Below are positions 1-9,646 of a DNA stretch of 64,000 nucleotides, piece by piece. The DNA is taken from NCBI GenBank assembly GCA_900768685.1, contig CAAGDX010000014.1, positions 2,399-66,398 on the forward strand, read 5' to 3'. The translations under genes and the position numbers were made by a program. Origin of the DNA: Bacteroidales bacterium. GTDB taxonomy: Bacteria; Bacteroidota; Bacteroidia; Bacteroidales; Muribaculaceae. The notes below the pieces were generated by a model. That model was not told where the DNA came from. It saw nothing but the letters and a program-made list of their open reading frames with translations, and did not search any database. Within the stretch, counting starts at the first letter, position 1, and each line of letters opens with the position of its first letter.

Positions 1-692
1 AATTTTTCAAGGAACTCAAAGGCGTGACGGAGCCGGAAAAGAAACGTAAAATAATAGGTAAAGGCTTCATTGATGTTTTTGACAAGGAAGCACACAAAAT
101 TAAAGGCGTCAAATGGCTTGCACAGGGCACTATTTACCCGGACTGCATAGAATCGCTTTCTATCACGGGCACTACCATTAAGAGCCACCACAATGTGGGC
201 GGATTACCGGAAAAAATGAAACTCAAATTGTGTGAACCGCTGCGTTTGCTCTTTAAAGACGAAGTACGTGCTGTGGGACGTGCACTCGGAGTGCCGGAAC
301 ACCTTATTTCCCGTCACCCGTTCCCCGGACCGGGCTTGGCAGTGAGAATCCTCGGTGATATTACCCGTGAAAAAGTGTCTGTTCTCCAAGAAGCAGATGA
401 TATTTTCATCAGTAATCTGCGTGAATCCGGACTTTACGATAAAGTTTGGCAGGCAGGCGTGATTCTTCTGCCCGTACAGAGTGTAGGCGTGATGGGCGAT
501 GAACGTACTTACGAGCGTGCCGTGGCTTTGCGTGCCGTTACTTCCACAGATGCAATGACTGCAGACTGGGCTCACCTCCCATACGAATTTATGGCAAAAG
601 TGTCTAATGAAATAATAAACAAAGTTCGCGGAGTGAACCGTGTTTGCTACGACATTTCCTCAAAACCACCTGCAACAATTGAGTGGGAATAA
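1..692 (+). CDS. guaA: GMP synthase (glutamine-hydrolysing), C-terminal part; the 5' end lies off the window
   Basis: The reading frame is open from nt 3. The translation ...[20 protein letters not shown]...[24 protein letters not shown]...[14 protein letters not shown]...[10 protein letters not shown]...[10 protein letters not shown] matches the conserved GuaA dimerisation/C-terminal domain, which ends in IEWE. Confidence 0.92.
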   Translation, partial: FFKELKGVTEPEKKRKIIGKGFIDVFDKEAHKIKGVKWLAQGTIYPDCIESLSITGTTIKSHHNVGGLPEKMKLKLCEPLRLLFKDEVRAVGRALGVPEHLISRHPFPGPGLAVRILGDITREKVSVLQEADDIFISNLRESGLYDKVWQAGVILLPVQSVGVMGDERTYERAVALRAVTSTDAMTADWAHLPYEFMAKVSNEIINKVRGVNRVCYDISSKPPATIEWE

Positions 693-723
693 CACAAAAT
701 CAGAACTTCTAATACCATACACT

Positions 724-2022
724 ATGCTACCTGAAAATCAAAGAAAACAAATAATATCTCTCATCAATCGCGAAGTTGTGCCGGCTATGGGGTGTACGGA
801 ACCTATAGCCGTGGCACTTTGTGCGTGCCGTGCCGCAGAACTTTTAGGCTGCGTGCCGACAAAAGTGAGAGTGGCACTAAGTGCAAATATCCTCAAAAAT
901 GCTATGGGAGTGGGAATCCCCGGCACAGGCATGATAGGTTTGCCTATCGCTATAGCACTCGGTGTTACTATAGGCAAATCCTGCTATGAACTTGAGGTGC
1001 TGAAAGACGTTAGTCCGGAGGCTGTGAGCCGTGCGGAAAAACTGATAGATGCCGGAATTATAGACATTGCTCTGAAAGAAGACACCACGGAAAAATTATA
1101 CATAGAGGTGGAAACTTCGGATAGCGATGGAAATTCAGCAACTGCCGTGATTTCCGGAGGACATACAAATTTTGTGCTTCTGAAAAAAGGAGATGAAACG
1201 GTATTGGACCGCAGGAAACCTCAAGGCATTGAAGAGACTGAAGAAAAAGTGAATCTTTCTATGCGGACAGTCTGGGAATTTGCCATGACTACACCGATAG
1301 ACGAAATTCGCTTTATTTTGGAATCCCGCAGGCTTAACAAGGCTGCAGCAGAGCAGTCGTTTGCCGGGAACTATGGTCACCAAGTGGGACGTACGCTCCA
1401 CTGTGCTCGCCAGAGAACTATTATGGGCGATAGTCCGTTTTCACGCGTAATCAGTTATACTTCAGCTGCTTGTGATGCACGAATGGCGGGTGCTCCAATT
1501 CCCGTGATGAGCAATAGCGGTAGTGGAAATCAAGGTATAGCCGCAACATTGCCGGTTGTGGTGTATGCAGAGGAAGTTTTTGCATCAGAGGAGAAAACAA
1601 TCCGAGCACTTATTTTGAGTCATCTCACCGTGATTTACATTAAGCAGAGCCTTGGCAGACTTTCCGCCCTATGTGGATGTGTGGTAGCCGCAACAGGCTC
1701 AGCATGTGGCATTTGCTATCTTATGGGCGGCGATTATGAGCAGATTGTAGCCACCACAAAAAATATGGTGGCAAATCTCACCGGTATGATTTGTGACGGT
1801 GCCAAACCGAGTTGCTCAATGAAACTCTCAAGTGGTGTTTCCACCGCTGTTATTTCCGCCATGATGGCAATGGAAGGGCAGTGTGTCACCTCCGTTGAGG
1901 GCATTATAGATGATGATATAGACAAAACTATCAGTAACCTCACTCATATCGGCCGTGACGGCATGAATGAAACGGACCATCTCATCTTGGATATAATGAC
2001 TCACAAAGGAGAATGCTTGTAA
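724..2022 (+). CDS. UPF0597 / L-cysteine desulfidase (YhaM/CyuA-like, serine dehydratase alpha-like) family protein
   Basis: MLPENQRKQIISLINREVVPAMGCTEPIAVALCA is the typical N-terminus of this family. I chose the ATG at 724 over the ORF-track start at 640, which would overlap guaA by 53 nt. Confidence 0.7.
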   Translation: MLPENQRKQIISLINREVVPAMGCTEPIAVALCACRAAELLGCVPTKVRVALSANILKNAMGVGIPGTGMIGLPIAIALGVTIGKSCYELEVLKDVSPEAVSRAEKLIDAGIIDIALKEDTTEKLYIEVETSDSDGNSATAVISGGHTNFVLLKKGDETVLDRRKPQGIEETEEKVNLSMRTVWEFAMTTPIDEIRFILESRRLNKAAAEQSFAGNYGHQVGRTLHCARQRTIMGDSPFSRVISYTSAACDARMAGAPIPVMSNSGSGNQGIAATLPVVVYAEEVFASEEKTIRALILSHLTVIYIKQSLGRLSALCGCVVAATGSACGICYLMGGDYEQIVATTKNMVANLTGMICDGAKPSCSMKLSSGVSTAVISAMMAMEGQCVTSVEGIIDDDIDKTISNLTHIGRDGMNETDHLILDIMTHKGECL

Positions 2023-2098
2023 GTCATGCTTTTTAACATATTGTAAGGAATCCCAATATTTTTAAGTAATTTCTTTTGTAAAAAAGTAAAATATTTTT

Positions 2099-2106
2099 TA
2101 TTTTTG
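2099..2106 (+). promoter_or_regulatory. Bacteroidetes-type -7 promoter motif (TATTTTTG = TAnnTTTG) upstream of the island operon
   Basis: Exact match to TAnnTTTG, 38 nt upstream of the ATG at 2144, in an AT-rich intergenic region. Confidence 0.4.
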
Positions 2107-2143
2107 TACAACCTTAATGTTTTACTCAAAATAATACTCAAAT

Positions 2144-4264
2144 ATGGATATTGATATTGATGGATTCAATAATTATTGTACCCTGTTACCAAAAGGACTA
2201 CCTAATTTATATAAACGCATAAGTAGTGAAATTATTAAGTTCCTTAATGATAATGAGCATAAGATTCTTTATTTGCAATGGCCAACGGAGGAATTAACTA
2301 ATAAAACGAATAAAAAAGAAACCCTTTGGCAAGAGATATGTGATGTTGTATCTTATGCAATAAGGGTGTGTTTGAAACCACAATATGAATATAATAAGGC
2401 TAAGAATTATTTTATCCGTTGTGGTGAAGAAGAGTATTATATTAAAAAGGATGAAAATAGTAATAGAGAAATTGCCCCTTTTTATAATTGCCCGTATGGA
2501 AGAAAATTAAATTTCACAGGAAAGAACAAAGAAAGTCTTTTAAATAGTGCAATACAAGATAACAATTTTTATGAAATTGAAATTCCAAATGGTTATAGTA
2601 GAAATTTGAGCAGAAAGGTTAAGGAGGAGGTATGCGTGTTGTCATCTAATAAAGATCTTCAAAATGAAAACTTACAAACTGCTGCAATATATTGCAGCCC
2701 ATATTTTGATTTTAAATTAGCGGGACAGTATGTTTACCCCAAAGTTGAAACATTAAATTCAAATGGGAAATTTGTGAGAAAAGATGTTATTGCAATAATT
2801 GGAGACAGGGTATTTGATAAAATACAAAGGATAGTTAATATAAACCCTAAAAAACTTATAGTATTTGGTACTTCTCATCACAATTATCTTATGAACCAAA
2901 CCCCATACGTTGTAACTTTCACTTTGAAGGAAGCGTATGAATATTGTGATACAAAAAATAATTACAAATATATTGAGCCTCAATTTATTGCCATCAAATT
3001 TGATTGGTTGTCAAACAAAATTAAAGAGTTGAATGATTGTTTGAGATTATTACAACAAGAAGATAAAGGTTTAATTGATGAGGACATAAGATTTATACTC
3101 AATTTATTTAGGTATCCATTGACGTCAATTAATTTTACCGGAAACAATTTGGAGGAATATAAAAATCGTTTAATAAAGTGTATTGACGAGAGATTGGATA
3201 ATATTGGAGAAGAAACTTTTGACAAAATTGTTAAATGGATTGAGGGTATTAGTTATGAGGAATCTAATAATACTAATCCAAAAAAGAAATATTTGGAATC
3301 ACAAAAAAATTGCATATTTATTGATATAAATAGAAGCATACAGAGACAACTTAATGACATTAACGATAAGTTTAATGGTAAACTTGTGATAGATTTGCCA
3401 AAATATTCAAGAGATGTTCCTATAGAGCTCCCCATTTGCAATATTATGCGTTATCGTTTGTATGCACAAGTAATAGTATTATATTACGAAGACATTCAAG
3501 ACGATAATATGAGATACGTTAAGAATAGTCTTAATAACAATCCATATTTTCCTAATCATAATGCTGAACAAGAAAGTACAAATACGAACGGTGCCTATAG
3601 ATTAGAGGATTATATGTATGATTATATAGAATATTTGAATGAAAGTAATTCTTCCCAATTTGAGACAATCTATTTTGTTAATGATACATTTGCTCAAATT
3701 ACTGGAGATGTGTTACTTCATAAAGATAATGGAGAATATCAATACATTAATGCAAAAGATATAAATCAATATTCTGGCAGAACTATCACTTATTACGTAA
3801 AACATGATTGTTTTGATGATTTAATGAGAGGTTTTCTTGGATTTCCTAAGGACAGAGGTATAGATTATTATGTAACACAATGGCATAATGCATTGCAGCA
3901 ATATATTTCTATAGAAGGCTCAGAAAATTTTTGCAGAGAGTTTGGCATCTCCCAACAAATATTAAATAATCACCTAAATGGAACATCAAATTTTTTGACA
4001 AAAAGAAAATTTGAGAAAGTGTTAAGGTTTCTTAAAGAGAGAGGATATTTAGATGAAGAGGAAATGAAGTTTGTTCTTGCTGCAAGAAATATGCAGGGAG
4101 TAGAAAATATTAAATTTGGCAAAAAATTAAAAGAGTCTCTTTTTGAGCATATTATTAATCCTGAATCAAATAAATATGAAACTTTTTTTAATAAGATTCT
4201 TAGTGAGGAATCAACAAAGGAAAGTTTGTGTGAAAAATTTTTAAGTACAAATATAATTAGATAG
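2144..4264 (+). CDS. Hypothetical 706-aa protein; first gene of the helicase/DUF1998 island operon
   Basis: Long uninterrupted ORF with the same AT-rich codon usage as the two downstream genes and only 8 nt before the next start. It has no signal peptide and no catalytic motif I recognise. The C-terminal segment FCREFGISQQILNNHLNGTSNFLTKRKFEKVLRFLKERGYL looks helix-turn-helix-like. Confidence 0.75.
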   Translation: MDIDIDGFNNYCTLLPKGLPNLYKRISSEIIKFLNDNEHKILYLQWPTEELTNKTNKKETLWQEICDVVSYAIRVCLKPQYEYNKAKNYFIRCGEEEYYIKKDENSNREIAPFYNCPYGRKLNFTGKNKESLLNSAIQDNNFYEIEIPNGYSRNLSRKVKEEVCVLSSNKDLQNENLQTAAIYCSPYFDFKLAGQYVYPKVETLNSNGKFVRKDVIAIIGDRVFDKIQRIVNINPKKLIVFGTSHHNYLMNQTPYVVTFTLKEAYEYCDTKNNYKYIEPQFIAIKFDWLSNKIKELNDCLRLLQQEDKGLIDEDIRFILNLFRYPLTSINFTGNNLEEYKNRLIKCIDERLDNIGEETFDKIVKWIEGISYEESNNTNPKKKYLESQKNCIFIDINRSIQRQLNDINDKFNGKLVIDLPKYSRDVPIELPICNIMRYRLYAQVIVLYYEDIQDDNMRYVKNSLNNNPYFPNHNAEQESTNTNGAYRLEDYMYDYIEYLNESNSSQFETIYFVNDTFAQITGDVLLHKDNGEYQYINAKDINQYSGRTITYYVKHDCFDDLMRGFLGFPKDRGIDYYVTQWHNALQQYISIEGSENFCREFGISQQILNNHLNGTSNFLTKRKFEKVLRFLKERGYLDEEEMKFVLAARNMQGVENIKFGKKLKESLFEHIINPESNKYETFFNKILSEESTKESLCEKFLSTNIIR

Positions 4265-4272
4265 TAAGACTT

Positions 4273-7200
4273 ATGTGTTTAACAGATATAGAAGCAAGAG
4301 ACATTATAGAAGATGATGTTAAGAAAAAAATGCTTGGACCTGGGTATGCTATAGATGTCTTATTTTGTGAAGATGTTAATGAAGAAATTATTCCAGAGCA
4401 GCCCAGAAATGCATATAGAATGGGTATGTTGTTGCCTTTACAGACTCCAGGTAATGCTACTGCAAATACAAATGAAGACATTCAAAATGATGGTGATATA
4501 TTTGATGTAATTGAAGCACAAGAAGCTGAAAATGAGGCTGTAAATAATGCTAATAATGAGGGCGATTTGGATTGGAAAAATGTTTCTGATGAAGGCTCTG
4601 AAGACGTTCAGCCAACATTTGTTCCTCAAAATCAAACCGCCAACAATATGCAGTCCCATATTGGTTTGATAACTTGTGTGAATCAAAATACGAATAATGT
4701 AAGAATCACTATATCCTATGGTACATATAGCAGAATGGATTGGGATACAGAAAGGAACGAAGTAAAAGTAAAATCTGGACAGTTTACGGGTTCTGTTAGT
4801 GATGCTATTGAAGAAATAGATAGAGATGAAAATGTAAGAACATGGCTTCAACTTAATGGGATTGAATCTTTCGCAAATGCTATTAATATAGATAGGGATA
4901 ACAATCAAATATCAATATCCCCAAATTTACAAAATAGGCCGGAAAGAAATCTTTATTTTCGTAATGGAATAAATTTGGTAGTACAAGAACTTATAGGCAT
5001 ACTTTTTGCACCTCATTTTAAGCGTTCTCATCACGAAATACAAAAGGAAATTGATTTGACTCCTGGCCAGGACATAAATATTGATGAAAAACTTGACGAT
5101 AATGTTCGGCTATATGTACAGTCTTTTCAATCACAAGAAAAGAAATTCATTAATGTGCAGCTTCAGTCTATCAATCAAATAATTTATCAGCCAAAGATAG
5201 AATTGGAAGGAAATTTAATTCCTTATACAGAACCTATAACATCGCTTGAGCATGATGAAGAGAATAACATAAATGAGTTCTTGTATCGAAATGTGGAAAA
5301 TTACGGAAAAGGTGTTAATTGTGCGATAGGATGGGATAACAATAGACCGTGTAATCGTGTTTTCACAACCTTTATTCCAACAGTAAATATTGAAAAATTT
5401 TCAAATAAAGCAAATGATCAAGAAATTATTGAGTTGTGCAAGTTGCGAAATCTGAGTATTTGGACTGAGCGTAACAACGAAGATTATATTAAATGTTTGT
5501 CAGGATTCGTAGATGGTTATAAAACTTGGCATATTAAGCAAACGCAAATAGCAAATGGCATTGAAGGATATGGTAATCAAAAAACTACGATATTAGATCG
5601 TCAACAAATGCTATTAGATAGATTAAGAGACAATGTACAATACCTCCAAGATAATGAAGAGGCTCTTATGTGTTTCAAAATTGCAAATACGGCTATGCTT
5701 CTTCAGATGGTGGTGGCAAGACATCCGGATTTTAGTAAAGGCAGACCTTTAGTAGAAAGAGTTGCCGAATTTTATAATAATTTAGAATTCTTCTCTAATG
5801 CGACATATACGGAAAGAATGGACGAGCCATCATACTATCCTTTCCAACTCGCCTTCTTGCTAATGAATGTAAAATCTACATTTGAAGTTCAAGATGTTAA
5901 TCATACAAAAAATGTTGATCTTATTTGGTTTCCAACTGGAGGCGGAAAAACCGAAGCATATCTTGCACTCACTGCATTAACAATCGTGCAGCGAAGGAGA
6001 GTACAGCAGAGAAATGGAGTGTCTGTAATTATGAGATATACCCTTCGCTTGCTCACAACTCAACAATTTGAGAGAGCTACCTATCTGATATGTGCACTTG
6101 ATTTTCTTAGACAAACAAATGAAGGTTTAAATTTGGGAGAAGAAAAAATATCTATAGGACTTTATGTAGGAAATGGGGTAACTCCAAATACAATCGAAGA
6201 AGCTATAAGAAGATACCGCGATTTTAATAACAATCATAATGGAAATAATCCATTCCCTGTTTGTTACTGTCCTTGGTGCGGTACTAATTTGGTAGATGGA
6301 GATAAATATGGATATGATATAAATCGATTTACTATTAGTTGCTTAAATAATCAGTGTATATTTTCAGGCCAGTTGCCTATATATTACATTGATGAGCAAA
6401 TATATCAAAGAAAACCCACTTTGCTGTTTGCTACAGTTGACAAATTTGCGCAACTTTATAGAAATAGAAACGCAAATTTATTGAGAGACTGTTCTCCAGA
6501 CCTTATTATTCAAGATGAATTGCACCTCCTTGTAGGAGCGTTGGGTTCAATCACGGGGTTTTATGAGCCAATGATTGAAAAACTTTGTTCTACTGAAGAT
6601 AGAAGACCTAAAATAATTGCATCAACGGCAACAACGCGCAATACAAGCCGTTTGATTCAAGCACTTTATAATAGGAATGTTAATGTTTTTCCGGCACAGG
6701 GAATAGAATATAACGATAATTATTTTTCCCATACGGATAGAGGTAATGAAAAAAGACGTCAAATAGGACTTGCTCCATCACAAAACGTCTCTTCCAATGT
6801 GGCTGAAATTCGTCTTACTGCAATTTTGTTACTTGCAAAAGTAAAGGTATTTAAAGAATTCATTTCAAGACAAGGATTAGATTGGACAAATCCCCAACAT
6901 GTTATACAAGCATGCAAAAACGTTGATAGGCTAGCAGAACTACTAACAAACTATTGGACAACAGTTTTGTATTATAATAATCTTAAAGACCTTGGCAGAT
7001 CTAGAAGCAGAGTTCCTCAAGAAATCTTTGAAAATGTCCGTTCCCATCAGTACCTATATTTAATCCCAAATTCATTACGAATTTTAAGGTGTAACAATGG
7101 TTTCACAAGTAACGTTATAGAATTTACAAGCAGAATAGATTCAGGTAGAATTAAAGGATATCTTGATAGGGCACAAAATCCAATTGGTGCAACCGTTAAT

Positions 7201-7770
7201 AATTACCATTTGGATGTTAACAATAATCGTTCAGATTTAGTTTTTGCATCAAATATGATTTCCGTTGGTATTGACATTGGTCGATGGAATTTGATGATAA
7301 TGGTGGGACAACCAAAGTCTGTATCTGAATATGTTCAAGCTTCAAGCCGTGTAGCAAGAAATACTTATGGACTCGTACTGAATCTGTTTAACCCACATAG
7401 AGTTCGTGAGTTGTCTATTTATGAGAATTATACGTCTTTTCATAATTCTTATTATAAGGCAGTTGAACCTCTAAGTATTACTCCTTTCACACGCTCTACA
7501 ATTAAACACAAAATATTGAATAATATTATTGAGATTTATAGAAATTATTTTTTAGATAATCGAAATATTGACGAAACTGTGTTAGCACAAAGTGTGTATG
7601 ACTTTTTGTTTAGAAATCGTTTTGAAAATGCAGAAATTCTGAGAGACGACTTTATTCGTGAAGCTGAAAATGCATTGAGGCATAGAAATGAAGATAATAA
7701 AGCTCAGGCACTCAGGTCTGTTGGTGAAAATTCTTATATAAGTATTAATGGCGTAACTTACAGAAGATGA
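4273..7770 (+). CDS. SF2 DEAH-type helicase, DrmA-like (DISARM/Druantia-type helicase), 1165 aa
   Basis: Helicase motifs are present: I WFPTGGGKTEAYLAL (GGGKT at nt 5938-5952), II IIQDELHLL (DELH at nt 6514-6525), III IIASTATT, VI YVQASSRVAR. A Cys-rich ribbon CYCPWC...CLNNQC lies at nt 6262-6357. About 550 aa precede motif I, with PEQPRNAYRMGMLLP near the N-terminus. The stop overlaps the next start (ATGA at 7767-7770). Confidence 0.8.
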   Translation: MCLTDIEARDIIEDDVKKKMLGPGYAIDVLFCEDVNEEIIPEQPRNAYRMGMLLPLQTPGNATANTNEDIQNDGDIFDVIEAQEAENEAVNNANNEGDLDWKNVSDEGSEDVQPTFVPQNQTANNMQSHIGLITCVNQNTNNVRITISYGTYSRMDWDTERNEVKVKSGQFTGSVSDAIEEIDRDENVRTWLQLNGIESFANAINIDRDNNQISISPNLQNRPERNLYFRNGINLVVQELIGILFAPHFKRSHHEIQKEIDLTPGQDINIDEKLDDNVRLYVQSFQSQEKKFINVQLQSINQIIYQPKIELEGNLIPYTEPITSLEHDEENNINEFLYRNVENYGKGVNCAIGWDNNRPCNRVFTTFIPTVNIEKFSNKANDQEIIELCKLRNLSIWTERNNEDYIKCLSGFVDGYKTWHIKQTQIANGIEGYGNQKTTILDRQQMLLDRLRDNVQYLQDNEEALMCFKIANTAMLLQMVVARHPDFSKGRPLVERVAEFYNNLEFFSNATYTERMDEPSYYPFQLAFLLMNVKSTFEVQDVNHTKNVDLIWFPTGGGKTEAYLALTALTIVQRRRVQQRNGVSVIMRYTLRLLTTQQFERATYLICALDFLRQTNEGLNLGEEKISIGLYVGNGVTPNTIEEAIRRYRDFNNNHNGNNPFPVCYCPWCGTNLVDGDKYGYDINRFTISCLNNQCIFSGQLPIYYIDEQIYQRKPTLLFATVDKFAQLYRNRNANLLRDCSPDLIIQDELHLLVGALGSITGFYEPMIEKLCSTEDRRPKIIASTATTRNTSRLIQALYNRNVNVFPAQGIEYNDNYFSHTDRGNEKRRQIGLAPSQNVSSNVAEIRLTAILLLAKVKVFKEFISRQGLDWTNPQHVIQACKNVDRLAELLTNYWTTVLYYNNLKDLGRSRSRVPQEIFENVRSHQYLYLIPNSLRILRCNNGFTSNVIEFTSRIDSGRIKGYLDRAQNPIGATVNNYHLDVNNNRSDLVFASNMISVGIDIGRWNLMIMVGQPKSVSEYVQASSRVARNTYGLVLNLFNPHRVRELSIYENYTSFHNSYYKAVEPLSITPFTRSTIKHKILNNIIEIYRNYFLDNRNIDETVLAQSVYDFLFRNRFENAEILRDDFIREAENALRHRNEDNKAQALRSVGENSYISINGVTYRR

Positions 7771-9368
7771 AAAAATTAGAACAAATATCTCAAGAAAAAC
7801 TGATTTCGAACTATGGCGGGGGCGGAAGTATTATTGAAACTAACACAAATGGCTCATTAAAAGTTTCCGATTATGATAATTGGAGATGTTACAATCAAAG
7901 AAGAAATAATAATTTAAATGAAATAATAGATAATCGGCTTTTGAGCCTCGTAAGGCAAACATATCCTAATCGTAATGTACATCTTGTCAGTATTCCTACA
8001 CCTGATTTGTCGCAAAATGTATATTATGCAGGAAACGATGATATTAAAGATACAATTACTGCGGATAGATTCCCTAAGTGGTATTTTTGTCCTAATTGCC
8101 ATAGATTAGAAAAACTTGAAAGTTGGGCTAGATTGTGGGTTGAGCATCCGCCTAAACCTAATCAACGCAGAGGTAGAAATGCAAGGAATACAAGAAATAA
8201 TAGAACTGAACAAGAATATTATAAAAATGAGCCAATTTGTTACGTTGATAATAGAAAACTTGAACAAGTTCGTTTCGTAATGGCTTCGCTTGATACTGGA
8301 GAAATAAAAGATATTCCTTTTGATTGCCTTTTTTCAACGCAACCAGATGGTAATGTGTGGAATATTGAGCAGCTATATGTTAATAATATTTTCTACAAGA
8401 CAATTAGAAACAGAGATGGTTTAGATGCTATTTATATTGAACATAGAGATGAAAATAATATTGGTAGAAATATTTATATGTCAAGCATTGATAGATGTTA
8501 TCTTGTTTATAATGGTCATACATATAAAATGGCAATGAAAGGAAGTCAAAGTTTGTATTTCCCTAATATTGTGAGAAGCATATATATTCCTTATAACGAA
8601 GGAGACAATTTCGCTACTATAGACGAGTTGGAATTACAAGAATTTAGATTTCTAACAAATGGAGAAAATTATCGTAATAATTTACTGGTTACAGCCGACG
8701 AAAATCTTGTAATAAGGAGAAAACCTGAATTGGATGGTAGGGTTCCTCTTATTTCTAATATTAGTGCTATAGAAAGGCTGAAAGAAACGTCAGTTCTTTT
8801 AAGTTATTCTCGTTTAGGAAGAAATTCCGAGGAAATGGATTGGTATAATTGTACAACCCAAGCAATTGAAAGAACAAACCCGCATTTAAAATATCCCTTT
8901 AGAGGTGATATAAACGCTCAAACTTGGATTCCTGCTGTTGAATCTTATGGAGAAGGACTACTTTTTGAAATGGACACAGTTAATCTGCAGGTAATTCATA
9001 CGCTATGCCATATTATTATGAAAGAAATGGAGTTTCAGTGTGGATATCCTTTGACCTCCCTCAAGGAAAAAATATATATTGACAACGATAATAATAGGGC
9101 TGGTTTTATTATTTATACCATAGGAGGCAGTGAAGGAAGCTATGGTGGATTAATATCTCTCACAGACAGTGAAAAGATTGTCAACTTAATACAATCCGGT
9201 TGTGAACGTGCAAAACATTGTCCCAATGACCCAATTTGTTTAAATGACAATGCTCATTGTTTTGCATGCCTTGATTTGCCTGAAACATCTTGCTGTAAGT
9301 TTAATAACGATCTAAACAGAAGACAATTTTTGGAATTTTTAGAAAATACAATTAATCATCAAGAATAA
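7767..9368 (+). CDS. DUF1998 (MrfA-type Zn-binding) domain protein, DrmB-like, 533 aa
   Basis: The C-terminal Cys cluster CPNDPICLNDNAHCFACLDLPETSCCKFNNDLNRRQF (nt ~9200-9300) is the DUF1998 signature. The N-terminal LISNYGGGGSIIET and the CPNC ribbon (FPKWYFCPNCHRL) resemble DrmB. The gene is translationally coupled to the helicase gene. Confidence 0.8.
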   Translation: MKKLEQISQEKLISNYGGGGSIIETNTNGSLKVSDYDNWRCYNQRRNNNLNEIIDNRLLSLVRQTYPNRNVHLVSIPTPDLSQNVYYAGNDDIKDTITADRFPKWYFCPNCHRLEKLESWARLWVEHPPKPNQRRGRNARNTRNNRTEQEYYKNEPICYVDNRKLEQVRFVMASLDTGEIKDIPFDCLFSTQPDGNVWNIEQLYVNNIFYKTIRNRDGLDAIYIEHRDENNIGRNIYMSSIDRCYLVYNGHTYKMAMKGSQSLYFPNIVRSIYIPYNEGDNFATIDELELQEFRFLTNGENYRNNLLVTADENLVIRRKPELDGRVPLISNISAIERLKETSVLLSYSRLGRNSEEMDWYNCTTQAIERTNPHLKYPFRGDINAQTWIPAVESYGEGLLFEMDTVNLQVIHTLCHIIMKEMEFQCGYPLTSLKEKIYIDNDNNRAGFIIYTIGGSEGSYGGLISLTDSEKIVNLIQSGCERAKHCPNDPICLNDNAHCFACLDLPETSCCKFNNDLNRRQFLEFLENTINHQE

Positions 9369-9622
9369 GTTTGTTATAAAAAGAATTGAGCAATTTAGTA
9401 TAATTTATACTTTTTATGGGCTTTCGCCACACCTTGCTAGTAAGTGGCAAGGCGAGAGTGGCTGAGAGCCTATAGTTCTTCAATTTCGTATCATTACATT
9501 ATTCTTGTTTTCGTGTTGGGATTATCTGTTGTGTTCCAATTACTTCAAAGGTGCGTTCTCCTTAACCTTATAACTAAATTTATACTGATAGGGGACATTA
9601 GTGTTGTCTTAACGATTTTTTT

Positions 9623-9646
9623 ATTTAGAATGTTTCTAAATTAGAA
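9623..9646. promoter_or_regulatory. Operator-like array of three alternating inverted hexamers (TTAGAA-tgt-TTCTAA-a-TTAGAA) upstream of feoAB; possible Fur-type site
   Basis: ATTTAGAAtgtTTCTAAAT is a perfect 8-3-8 palindrome (9623-9641). TTCTAAaTTAGAA forms a second, overlapping palindrome (9634-9646). The array sits just upstream of a degenerate -7 motif GAAATTTG (9657-9664) and 52 nt upstream of the feoAB ATG. Confidence 0.4.

Noticed and set aside
640-723. An upstream extension of the UPF0597 gene (ORF-track start at 640).
   Set aside because: It would overlap the guaA C-terminus by 53 nt. The family's conserved N-terminus begins right after the ATG at 724.
9444-9644. A 66-aa ORF in the island/feoAB intergenic region.
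   Set aside because: It has a non-ATG start and a hydrophobic low-complexity translation, and it overlaps the operator-like palindromes. There is no supporting signal. The weak hairpins at 9432-9452 and 9461-9470 were also too short and lacked a T-run, so I did not call a terminator.
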